Shown here one piece after another: positions 46,145 through 55,111 of a stretch of 64,000 nucleotides of DNA. The DNA is from Verrucomicrobiota bacterium (lineage in GTDB: Bacteria > Verrucomicrobiota > Lentisphaeria > Lentisphaerales > Lentisphaeraceae): assembly GCA_039798785.1 (NCBI GenBank), contig JBDKFG010000002.1:32001-96000 (forward strand), written 5' to 3'. The first letter of the stretch is position 1. Every line of letters begins with the position of its first letter. Position numbers and translations under genes: made by a program. The notes beneath the pieces are model-generated. The model had not been told where the DNA came from. It ran no database searches and saw nothing but the letters and a program-made list of their open reading frames with translations.

Positions 46145-46443
46145 GCGAGCGATTCATCGCTCTGTCGGTGTGTGAGGACTGCCTGCTCTTCATCGCGAAT
46201 GGCATCGACGACAATACCCCGCAGGAGACGGTCAGCGGCGCAGAAAACGCCGCTGGCTGGCTGATGGCTGGATCGGAAGATCTCGGCTTCTCCTGGTCGC
46301 CTTGCGAGGTCTGCCAACGCCCTCTCGGCGGCGAGAGGCACCGGGCTTGGCTTGATCCAGACCACAATCCACAACCCCAGGAGATCAAGCATGAAACGAG
46401 CAATCACCGCAAAAGTCATATCGGGGAAATACAGGTCGAATGA
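46141..46443 (+). CDS. hypothetical Zn-binding protein
   Basis: VCEDC...FSWSPCEVC; ATGA overlap with the upstream gene. Confidence 0.65.
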   Translation: MSERFIALSVCEDCLLFIANGIDDNTPQETVSGAENAAGWLMAGSEDLGFSWSPCEVCQRPLGGERHRAWLDPDHNPQPQEIKHETSNHRKSHIGEIQVE

Positions 46444-46873
46444 TCTTGCATGGCTGCACATCACCTACCTGTCGACCTTGAGCATTGCCAGTCGCGGCGA
46501 GGCAGATCCCGGGATTGATCTTGTGACTCTTCCCTCGACACTTGCATGCAAAGGCAGCGGACTGCATCTGCTGTTACTGCATGGACGCAAGAGAAAGGAC
46601 GCCAATCTCAAGGAGTGGGGTTACGACGGCGGTTGCCTGAAACAGGTCGAAACCGTCACGATCACCACGGGTGCCGTGTCCGTCATCATTTCAGGTGGCG
46701 AAAAGCTGTCCTTTCCCATCGTCGGCGATTTGGTGCAGGTCGAGAGTCGCCAGGCCAAAAGGCTGGCTCTGGCGCCTGGTTTTTACGGCGACCTGGAGGT
46801 GCAAGCTCCAGGCTATCAGAACTCGCACAAAAATGTAGCAGCCTCGGAGAGCAACTCCGGGGTTTTGCATTGA
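46391..46873 (+). CDS. hypothetical protein
   Basis: AGGAG RBS before ATG 46391. Confidence 0.55.
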   Translation: MKRAITAKVISGKYRSNDLAWLHITYLSTLSIASRGEADPGIDLVTLPSTLACKGSGLHLLLLHGRKRKDANLKEWGYDGGCLKQVETVTITTGAVSVIISGGEKLSFPIVGDLVQVESRQAKRLALAPGFYGDLEVQAPGYQNSHKNVAASESNSGVLH

Positions 46874-46902
46874 CACCAACCCACAAACCCAGGAGCCTGA
46901 CC

Positions 46903-48042
46903 ATGGCCAAGATGAATTTCATCCCTGAGTCCCGCTTCCAGCACAAAATGCCTCTGCCTCATGAGGCGGAGAAGTGGTTCAAGCCGGGAGCTTCGGTCGC
47001 TGACAACATGAAGCGGTCTCCCTTCGCCGATGCGTCGAGGGAGCGATTCAACGAAATCGTGCGGGAGATCGAAGCGGCTTGCCGTCAACGATCCCGCGAA
47101 CGGTTGGAATCTCTGACTCGGGAGCTGCAAGAACAGCTCGGCGGAAAGATCGTCGATCCCGAAGCCGATGCTCGGCGATTCTCCTGCGTGACCCTGGACC
47201 TTATCTTGGATGACAGCTTGAGTCTGCGTCTGCACCATGCCATCGAGGGCGAGTACCTGAACATGCCCGGTCGGATGCTCACGGTTTCCCTTCAAGGGCA
47301 GGCTTCTTGTCAGCCCAAGGGAGAGATCTTCGCGGCCCTGCAAAGGAACGGCGTGGCTTTGCAGGTCGATTGCGCCAAGGAGATCTTCAGCACTTCGACA
47401 CTGCGCAAGCAGACGATGAAAGCCATCGTGGAGGCCTTCCATGAATTTCGGTCGGCCTTCGCGACTGAAGTCACGGACGAGCTTCTTTCCCACTGCCTCA
47501 AGCATGTGCCGGGAGCCTTGCATGGCGAGACCTACAAGCAGCAAGCCTATGCACCGCAGGAAGCCCCTCTGCACTTCTGGTTCCAGGGTGATCACCTTCA
47601 TGCGATCCGAGCCGTTGCCGGCATCCGCGAGGAACACGCAAGCGAGATCACGCAGGCGGCGGAAGCTCTGCTTCTGGCCAGCCTGGGAGTAGATGAGCTG
47701 CGCTACGCCTATGTGCCGCACCGCTGGTTCCCGATGCTGGTCGTCGACTGCACGGCTGAAGTCCTGGATTCGGCCATTCCTTGTTCGGATCTGCGGCAAC
47801 TCGTCATCCTGAGCCAAGAGGAGCTTGGGGATCTGATCCACAGTCCTCCGGAGGCAGGCCAGTTCATCACGCCACGGGCGAGGAAGACGATCACCCGAGA
47901 AGAACAAGACGACTTCGTCGCCACCATGAAGCGGCTGAAGGAAGTGGCGCGATTATCGAGCTATCGAATCCACCAACACAGCTTCGCGGAGCTCATCGAC
48001 GCTGCCTTCGAGAAGAAGCGGAAGCGAGAGCGGCCGGCATGA
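46903..48042 (+). CDS. hypothetical protein
   Basis: AGGAG RBS; 379 aa open frame. Confidence 0.7.
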   Translation: MAKMNFIPESRFQHKMPLPHEAEKWFKPGASVADNMKRSPFADASRERFNEIVREIEAACRQRSRERLESLTRELQEQLGGKIVDPEADARRFSCVTLDLILDDSLSLRLHHAIEGEYLNMPGRMLTVSLQGQASCQPKGEIFAALQRNGVALQVDCAKEIFSTSTLRKQTMKAIVEAFHEFRSAFATEVTDELLSHCLKHVPGALHGETYKQQAYAPQEAPLHFWFQGDHLHAIRAVAGIREEHASEITQAAEALLLASLGVDELRYAYVPHRWFPMLVVDCTAEVLDSAIPCSDLRQLVILSQEELGDLIHSPPEAGQFITPRARKTITREEQDDFVATMKRLKEVARLSSYRIHQHSFAELIDAAFEKKRKRERPA

Positions 48043-48119
48043 GATCCAGAAGCACAAGCCCCCGGACAAGCTCCGGGGTTTTTCATTCCCTCATTCAACC
48101 CACAACCCAAGGACTGCCA

Positions 48120-48596
48120 ATGCGTATTGCCGTCAAGAATCTGTGTCCACCCTGCCACAGTCGCTGCGGCTCCCCGATGGGCCGTAGCAACGCTGGCGCT
48201 GAAGATCTGATCGAACATCTCGATGCCTGCTCGCCTGAAGAAGCTCGGGTGCGTTACCTCCGCATCCCGCTGAACGCTGGCGGATACGATCCTGGAGGAG
48301 CCTACTGGGGCCAAGGAGCGCCGCTGTATTGCCTGCATGTCGCCGGACTTCCGGTCCTGTGGAAACGCATGGCCGGCATGCCTGATTTGTCCCGAAGCGC
48401 GAGGCGAAGCATTGCCGAACTTCACGGCCATGCCGCCGCCTTGGATCTCTTCGATGAAGCCTTCCAGCGAGCGCCTTGGGCCTATGCCCGGGCGATGCTG
48501 GCGAAGCAGGATGGCAAGCTCGTGCCGCTGCACACCTACCTCGCCTGGCTTCGCCAAGGCGAGGACGAGTACTCAACCCAAAATCCGGAGAAATGA
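48120..48596 (+). CDS. hypothetical protein (phage/mobile-element-type GxPMGR...GGYD.GGAYWG motif)
   Basis: GSPMGR and LNAGGYDPGGAYWGQGAPLY. Confidence 0.65.
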   Translation: MRIAVKNLCPPCHSRCGSPMGRSNAGAEDLIEHLDACSPEEARVRYLRIPLNAGGYDPGGAYWGQGAPLYCLHVAGLPVLWKRMAGMPDLSRSARRSIAELHGHAAALDLFDEAFQRAPWAYARAMLAKQDGKLVPLHTYLAWLRQGEDEYSTQNPEK

Positions 48597-49054
48597 CCAT
48601 GTCTCAAGACAAGTGGCTTGATGATCACGCCTGCGCCATCTTCGGTCGCAGCGTGCTCGAAATCCTGGAAGAGTCGGAGGACTGGAGTGCTGACACTCTG
48701 GAGGCCATTGCCCAAGTGGCGACGGAGCTCCGTCTGCGCAAGCTGGACTCCGCAGACTTCGAGCGTGCAGCCCAGCCCTATCCCGGACCGGAACTGTACC
48801 TGCCTGAGCCGGGCACGGGCATCATCGTTGCCAGTGAATACGGCGACATGCACCTGATGATCGAAGGCGACACCGCCTATGTCTACTTCGAGGCTCCACG
48901 CAAGGATGATGTCTCCCGCGCTGAAGTGGTCATCTCACGCCCCGTCGATGAGGGTGCGCAAGTGGCCGTCAGGTTCTACGACCTCGGCGGCGAAGAACCG
49001 GTAGCGGATGGATCATTCCGCCTCTCGCCCGAAGGCAAATGGTGCTTCGAGTGA
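48593..49054 (+). CDS. hypothetical acidic protein
   Basis: GGAG RBS and ATGA overlap. Confidence 0.6.
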   Translation: MTMSQDKWLDDHACAIFGRSVLEILEESEDWSADTLEAIAQVATELRLRKLDSADFERAAQPYPGPELYLPEPGTGIIVASEYGDMHLMIEGDTAYVYFEAPRKDDVSRAEVVISRPVDEGAQVAVRFYDLGGEEPVADGSFRLSPEGKWCFE

Positions 49055-49134
49055 AGTGACCCAAGAAGAGAACCCCAACAATCCCAACCCACGCCCCGGA
49101 ACACTCCGGGGCTTTTACATGCAAGGAGAACCCC

Positions 49135-49653
49135 ATGCTCAAGATCAACATCAGCTTCTCGAAAAAGATCCCCGGCCCCGAGCAATACTCCAGCCTGAGC
49201 TTCCATGGCAGCATGGAGCGCGAGCTGAGCGACGGCCTCTCGGGTCAGCAGATCCAGGAAGCCTTCGCCAAGAGCTATGCCCTGCTCGAAACCACGGTGG
49301 AAAGCGAGATCGCCCGCTACTGCGCTGCGCCCCACGACAACGAGGCGCCGCCGCCGGTCCCCGAGGCCCCGCGTCAAGCTCCCCCGAGCTATGCCAAGCA
49401 GGAACGCCCGCCGGCTACGCCGCCGCCGCAACAACGGCGCGGCAACTACGGCCGGCCGCAGGGCCAGGGCGCGTCGATGATCACCGAATCGCAGCTCAAA
49501 TTCCTCAACCGCCTCGCAGCGGAACGAGGCATGACGCAGCAGCAGATGCGGGCTGACATCGCCCAGCGTTTCCAAGTGGCTCGCCCCGAGGATCTGAGCA
49601 AGCAGGAAGCCTCCCGCTACATCGAAGAGATCAGTCAGCGGAGGGCCTCTTGA
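49135..49653 (+). CDS. hypothetical protein with a Pro-rich linker and small C-terminal helical domain
   Basis: INISFSKKIPG..YSS; ITESQLKFL...LSKQEASRYIE; AAGGAG RBS. Confidence 0.75.
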   Translation: MLKINISFSKKIPGPEQYSSLSFHGSMERELSDGLSGQQIQEAFAKSYALLETTVESEIARYCAAPHDNEAPPPVPEAPRQAPPSYAKQERPPATPPPQQRRGNYGRPQGQGASMITESQLKFLNRLAAERGMTQQQMRADIAQRFQVARPEDLSKQEASRYIEEISQRRAS

Positions 49654-50501
49654 ACACCAGTGCCGCCTCCTTCGCGGAGCTCCGGCAAATCCCCCACTGG
49701 TCCTTCAGCTCCCTCAACCAGATCCTCAACATCTGCTCGATGCAGTACGCCTTCCGCAAGGTCGAACAGGCGGAACCGGCCTTCGTGCCGGGCAACCTGG
49801 TCTTCGGCAAGGCCTTTCACCAAAGCGTGTCGCACCTCTACCGCGGCCTGCAAGTGAAGGGTTCGCCCCTGGCGGTGCCCGAGCTGCAAGAGCACTTCAC
49901 CGCCGCCCTCGCGGGCCAGGTCAAGGGCGAGTCCCTGCCGGTTCACTTCGGTGAGGAAAAGGATCTCGATTGGCACCTCGACAAGGGACGGCAGATGCTG
50001 CAATCCCTGGTCGACAGTCTTGATCCGGCGGACGAAGTGGTGGGCGTAGATGTCCCCTTCATCGCCGAGTTCCTCGACGAAGACGGGCGCGTTGTCAGCA
50101 AGCCGCTGATCGGCGAGTTCGACGCCGTGGTCGAGAACCAAGGCCGGCTGGTGCTGGTCGACTTCAAGACCGCCGCCGCCAAATGGCCCACGCAGAAGTG
50201 CCACAGCGACCTGCAGGCGACCGCCTACCTCATGGGCCTGCGCCAAAGCGTCAGCTCCCAGCAGTCGCTCTTCCGCTACGATGTCGTCACCAAGACCAAG
50301 GAGCCCTCGGTGACCCGCTACCTGACCGACCGCACCGACAGCGATTTCCTCCGCCTCACCAAGCTGGTGTTGATGGCTGATCGCGTTGTCGAGCAAGGTC
50401 TGTTTTACCCCCACGAAGGCTGCATCGCCTGTGGCGGCTGCCCCTACGCCAGCCACTGCGTCAAGTGGCACCAGCAATCCTACCTGCAACTCTCAGCCTG
50501 A
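49650..50501 (+). CDS. PD-(D/E)XK nuclease, RecB/Cas4-like (probable Fe-S cluster)
   Basis: SFSSL...C, G.FD...LVDFKT, LQATAY, CGGCPYASHC. Confidence 0.88.
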   Translation: MNTSAASFAELRQIPHWSFSSLNQILNICSMQYAFRKVEQAEPAFVPGNLVFGKAFHQSVSHLYRGLQVKGSPLAVPELQEHFTAALAGQVKGESLPVHFGEEKDLDWHLDKGRQMLQSLVDSLDPADEVVGVDVPFIAEFLDEDGRVVSKPLIGEFDAVVENQGRLVLVDFKTAAAKWPTQKCHSDLQATAYLMGLRQSVSSQQSLFRYDVVTKTKEPSVTRYLTDRTDSDFLRLTKLVLMADRVVEQGLFYPHEGCIACGGCPYASHCVKWHQQSYLQLSA

Positions 50502-50512
50502 GGAGACTCTCC

Positions 50513-50905
50513 ATGAGCACCAAGAGCATCAAGATCGATCCCGCCTTGACGAAGCTTCTCGAAAGCCTGCGTCAGGAGCACGGCATGTCAGGTCAGTCCG
50601 TCATCCTCAACTTCCGTGATCCGAACTACTCCGCCAACAAAGGCGGCTATCACCCGGTCGAGATCATGGTCGAGAAAGACGGCTCGCTGGTCTACGTCAC
50701 CGACTTCACCTTCGTCGGCCAAGGCGAGTTCGCCGAGCTGACGACCGAACTCAACTGGGACTTCCGCTGCGGCGAGTACGAACAGCTCTGGTACGGCGCC
50801 AACCTGCCGCTCCATGTCGGTGCCGATGTCTTCGCCATCTGGCAGAAGAACTTCCTCGACTACCACGCCATGAAGATCTACAAGATCGAAGTCACTGCCG
50901 CCTGA
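50513..50905 (+). CDS. DUF2787-family protein
   Basis: LNFRDPNYSA..GGYHPVEI...YVTDF. Confidence 0.75.
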   Translation: MSTKSIKIDPALTKLLESLRQEHGMSGQSVILNFRDPNYSANKGGYHPVEIMVEKDGSLVYVTDFTFVGQGEFAELTTELNWDFRCGEYEQLWYGANLPLHVGADVFAIWQKNFLDYHAMKIYKIEVTAA

Positions 50906-51044
50906 AAACGCCCTTGCTGCCGCCCCTTCGGAGCTGCCCCAGTGGCTCCATTCCGCCCTCCTGAAGGACTGCCTTCGGAGGGCTTTTACCCCCGCCATCT
51001 TCAAGTCACACGAAGCCCCAACCACCAACCACCGGAGCCCCACC

Positions 51045-51275
51045 ATGAACAGAGAACGCCGTGAACGCATCGACACCCTCAAGGAATCCCTCGCGGGTCT
51101 CAAAAGCGAGTTGGAGACCATCCAAGAAGAAGAACAGGAAGCCTACGACGCCATGCCCGAGGGCTTGCAGAGCAGCGAACGAGGCGAGAAGGCTCCGGCC
51201 GCAGCCGATGCCCTGAGCGAAGCTGTGTCGCAACTCGACGGAGCCATTGAGCAGCTTGAAGAAGCCGTCGGCTAA
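51045..51275 (+). CDS. small acidic coiled-coil protein (phage/mobile-element type)
   Basis: EEQEAYDAMPEGLQSSERGE; GGAG RBS. Confidence 0.7.
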   Translation: MNRERRERIDTLKESLAGLKSELETIQEEEQEAYDAMPEGLQSSERGEKAPAAADALSEAVSQLDGAIEQLEEAVG

Positions 51276-51402
51276 ATCCCTGATCACTCATTTCACCCGT
51301 TCAAACCGACACGCCAAGTGACGGTCTGCCGCAGCCTCGTTTCCTCACAGGAGCGGGGCTGTTTCTGTGCCCCCTTTCCCCCACCAACCCAAGGAGATCG
51401 CC

Positions 51403-51717
51403 ATGACCCTCACCATTCCCGCTGCCCAGGGCAGCATGACCCTGCGGATGGGCCTTCTGGCCTTCCTCAAGGGGCCGCTCACCCGGCAGCTCCGCCTCCA
51501 CCGCGATCCTGTCGATCCGCTGGAGCGACTGCACAGAGTTCTACATCGCCGTGACCTGATGCGTGGTGCCCGTCTCAAGCGGGCTCTGCACGAATCCTTG
51601 GAAGAACTCTGCGACTTGTCGCCGGTCGAGATCGAACTCGACGACGATGACCTCGCGGCCTTCCTCCGCAGCGGCTTCCGCCTGAAGCCTCGCTCTCAAC
51701 CCCTCAACGCCGCCTAA
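51403..51717 (+). CDS. hypothetical protein
   Basis: AAGGAG RBS. Confidence 0.55.
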   Translation: MTLTIPAAQGSMTLRMGLLAFLKGPLTRQLRLHRDPVDPLERLHRVLHRRDLMRGARLKRALHESLEELCDLSPVEIELDDDDLAAFLRSGFRLKPRSQPLNAA

Positions 51718-51731
51718 AGGAGCCCCCCAAC

Positions 51732-52256
51732 ATGAACACCCAGATCACCTTTCCTCCTCTGCTCCGTCCCATGCGCCGGATGCAGCCCGCCGATGACGCC
51801 GGCATGGCCTACCGCTTGGAGCTGCGCCGCGTCCCTGAACCACAGGCGCAGATGTTCAAGCTGATGGCCGATCCCACTGATGTAGCCCGCTTCCTTTACT
51901 CACTTGGTCTCGCCGAAGCGCCGGAGGAGCGCTTTGTGCTGCTTTGTCTCGACACTCGCAACGCCCTCATCGCCTACACCGAAGTGTCGCGTGGCTCGGT
52001 GGATCGTCTGACGGTGCATCCCCGTGAGATCTTCCGCTTCGCCATCCTGACCGGGGCATCGCGGATCACCGTGGCCCACAACCATCCCTCCGGTGATGTC
52101 AGTCCTTCGCCGCAGGATCTCAAGGTGACGGAGGGACTCAACGAAGCCGGCAAGGTGGTTGGGATTGAGCTGCTCGATCACCTGATCGTCGGACACTCCC
52201 TGGCGTCGGGACTACGTCACTACGCCTCGCTGCGCGAGCGGGGGCAGCTCTTATGA
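51732..52256 (+). CDS. radC: RadC/JAB-domain protein (short, mobile-element type)
   Basis: ERF..L.LD.RN, VHPREIF, AHNHPSGD..PS.QD, LLDHLIVG. Confidence 0.93.
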   Translation: MNTQITFPPLLRPMRRMQPADDAGMAYRLELRRVPEPQAQMFKLMADPTDVARFLYSLGLAEAPEERFVLLCLDTRNALIAYTEVSRGSVDRLTVHPREIFRFAILTGASRITVAHNHPSGDVSPSPQDLKVTEGLNEAGKVVGIELLDHLIVGHSLASGLRHYASLRERGQLL

Positions 52257-52687
52257 GCGCGGGCGATGTCGAATCCTGGTGGGCCGAACTGGCTCGTCTA
52301 GTGGCCCGGGAAAGGGCCGAGAGCGCACGACTCGCCCTCTTCCCGATGGGACCCGGCTGCGGCGGCGCAAGACACCGCAAATGCGCCGGCAAGGGCATTG
52401 AGCGGTCGATCAAGAACGCCAAGCGGATGATCGAGCTGCGCGGGAAAATCCGGGCGGCGGAACGGCCGCCTTCTTCGCCTGCCCCCAAGACCGAGAGTCT
52501 GAAGGACTTCCTCAAGCGGGCTGGGGATTTTCTCCAGGAGGTGCCAGCGGAGGAGCGGAAGCAGGGCCGAGCCTTGATCCACGAGATCCGCCGGTTAACC
52601 AGCGTCTGGGAAGACGCCACGCCGGTCTTTCGTGAACTACTGGGCCTGATCAAAGAGAAAGGTTTCAAGGCAGGAGGTGTCCCATGA
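52253..52687 (+). CDS. hypothetical protein
   Basis: ATGA-coupled on both sides. Confidence 0.55.
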   Translation: MSAGDVESWWAELARLVARERAESARLALFPMGPGCGGARHRKCAGKGIERSIKNAKRMIELRGKIRAAERPPSSPAPKTESLKDFLKRAGDFLQEVPAEERKQGRALIHEIRRLTSVWEDATPVFRELLGLIKEKGFKAGGVP

Positions 52688-53019
52688 TCGCCATACCCAG
52701 CTACCGTCTCTGCGGGCTGTGCAAGTGTGGCGCTATCACCCTCTTCGACAAGGAGAGGGGATGCGACCTGTCGATGGCCGCCGAGACCTTCGAAAAGCTC
52801 ACGGGGGACACCGTTCCGCAGGTCTCTGCGGGATGGGTCCACTGCAACAGCTGCGCCAACCATTGGTCGGTGGAGCAATGCGGCTGTGGCAGCGGCCAGC
52901 TCTTCGGCGAGTGCGAAGAAGATTACCCCGAGTGTCGTCGTCCCTATCAAGACATTGGCCCTCATCTTGATCATTTGATCTTTAATCACAAAAACAAGGA
53001 GGCCCATCATGGGCGCTGA
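52684..53019 (+). CDS. Cys-rich protein with a SEC-C-like motif
   Basis: CKCG, HCNSCANH, CGCGSG...EC. Confidence 0.65.
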   Translation: MIAIPSYRLCGLCKCGAITLFDKERGCDLSMAAETFEKLTGDTVPQVSAGWVHCNSCANHWSVEQCGCGSGQLFGECEEDYPECRRPYQDIGPHLDHLIFNHKNKEAHHGR

Positions 53020-53308
53020 ATTCAACACCTACATCTACGACGGCCCGGAATCGCGACTGGAGGCACATCACCGACGGGTCCAGAACGAGCTGCGTATCCA
53101 GTTTGGGAATGACACCTACGCAGGACACATCGGAATCATGCCTGATGGGATCGACAAGTCGAAGAAGATTTGCGCATCCAGACAAGAAGCAATTGAAACA
53201 ATCGAAAAACACCACAATAAATGGCAGCGAGCGATGGCCGTGCCATTCAGTAAAACAGATTCAAAGAAAAAGATTTACTTTGTGGTAGGTGGTTGGTGCG
53301 CTAGTTGA
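53009..53308 (+). CDS. hypothetical protein
   Basis: AAGGAGG RBS. Confidence 0.65.
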   Translation: MGAEFNTYIYDGPESRLEAHHRRVQNELRIQFGNDTYAGHIGIMPDGIDKSKKICASRQEAIETIEKHHNKWQRAMAVPFSKTDSKKKIYFVVGGWCAS

Positions 53309-53311
53309 ATT

Positions 53312-53350
53312 AATGAACGACGCCTATGGGGGCGTTGTTTATTTTTTTTC
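53312..53350 (+). terminator. intrinsic terminator
   Basis: AACGACGCC-loop-GGCGTTGTT followed by a T-tract. Confidence 0.65.
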
Positions 53351-53915
53351 AATAAACACAGCGATTTTCTGCTTTTGAGCTGAGGTGCAGATCGCCGGAG
53401 GCCTCGTTGACCGTGCCAGTCGTCTGGACGCATCCAACGGCGACCAGGCAGGAAATCTCCGGGAGTCTGGGGACCCTGCAGACCGGATGAATGACATCTC
53501 TGACCTCTCGCGCGCGTTACGCGAGCGTCACGTGGGCGCCTTTGTTTTGACCCCCTAGCATGTCAGATGTCAGATATCAGGTATCATGCCAGGTCTTAGG
53601 CCTGATGTCTCCTATGAATTGCCCATAGCCCCGGTGCCCAGCCCCCTTGCGGTCTCTGTCCAGCCGCGTTGCTTTGGGATACTTTTTTCTAAATCTCACA
53701 AACTATAATATGTGAAAATGCGGATGTCCTTACTTGTGACCGCCTCAAATTGATAGCGATCACAACCTCTTGGCAATCACGAAATACAGGTGGTTATTTG
53801 TTTTGAATACAACAACTATATATACACACCTGCACACGCGATAATCAACACATCAGAAGACATCAACATCTAGCATTTAATCACACTTGCATCAAACAAT
53901 ACACTGAGGTATACA

Positions 53916-54485
53916 ATGTCTAATAGAGAGACAATTGAAGTCATTTCGAATAAAATACATGACATATTCAGCCATGCTACTGGAGAGAGGTGCAGAAACC
54001 TATTTATACGGTTTGACGTTAAATTTCCTGATGATGGAGAGGAATATAATGAATCAAGCCTGTTCAGTGAGTTCATGCGTGTCCTCATACAAGACCTCAA
54101 TCGCAATGGGTACGGAGATGCCTACTATCTTTCCGTTCGGGAAAAGGACGAGGCGTTCCATGGTCACTACCATATCATCCTCCTACTGAATGGCAAATAC
54201 ACTCAGTCCATTTACGGGCACATGGAACGGGCTCGGGAACTGTGGGCTCGCGAACTGAATCGTGTCGGACCTTACCGGGGAGATGGCTCGGGCCTCATCC
54301 ACTATCGCTCTCCCGCCGGAGGGAACGGCGTCATGCTCCGTACCGATGATCCCGACTACCACGCCAAAGTGATGAACTGCATCGACCAGAGTCTCTACTT
54401 GGCCAAGTCGGAAACCAAAGACGCTTTCGGCACACACGGTCGTACTTGGGGCTCCACCAAAGGAATCCCGTCCCGTTATGGATAA
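53916..54485 (+). CDS. YagK/YfjJ (Inovirus Gp2-like) HUH-fold protein, motifs intact
   Basis: FIRFDVKFP, SVRE, HGHYHIILLLNG, YLAK.ETK, GRTWGST. Confidence 0.8.
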   Translation: MSNRETIEVISNKIHDIFSHATGERCRNLFIRFDVKFPDDGEEYNESSLFSEFMRVLIQDLNRNGYGDAYYLSVREKDEAFHGHYHIILLLNGKYTQSIYGHMERARELWARELNRVGPYRGDGSGLIHYRSPAGGNGVMLRTDDPDYHAKVMNCIDQSLYLAKSETKDAFGTHGRTWGSTKGIPSRYG

Positions 54486-55111
54486 GAAAAAATCTAAGTA
54501 CCGCGCCTGATCCGAGAAGTTCCTTCCGCCTCGCCAAGACGCTCCTCCTCAGCAGCTCTACGATCTCAGCCTGCATCCTCTTGCCTGCCCTCTAGCAAGG
54601 GGTTTTTAGCCGGTGCTCGGCGAATCCTTCTGCAATTACTGCAACTAACTCAACCACATGAAGTTGCACAATATCTAACTTTTCAGACACCAAGATCATC
54701 CTGTGGTGAAGAACCCGCGATCCACATCTTTCTGTGACTTCACTTCGGGGATCTCCTGTCGCTAACCGGCTCATGAAGAGCGCGATGCGCAGGGTTTAGA
54801 TCCCGACTCAACCAAGTTCAGCCCTCCCCCTCAGGAGGGCTTTTTTGTGGAGAAATCCCATGTCAACTTCCCCTCATTCGCCTGCTTTCGACGCGGCTAT
54901 CGCCTCCTGGAGCGAGCCGCTGGTCGAGTTCTTCCCTCGCACCGCCCAACCGGGCGAACGCTTCTTCTGGCGCAGCCAAGCTGAGGCCGATTCCGTTGCC
55001 CGGCAGAAAGCTGCCATGCTGGCACGAGCCCACCAGGAAGCGCTTAGCGGAGCCCAGCGCTAAGCCCCTTCCATCAACACTTGTCATCCACACCAACCAC
55101 CAGGCCCACCC

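Noticed and set aside
49650..50501. Cas4 / CRISPR-Cas assignment
   Set aside because: No cas1/cas2 or array; stand-alone RecB-like nucleases are common in mobile elements
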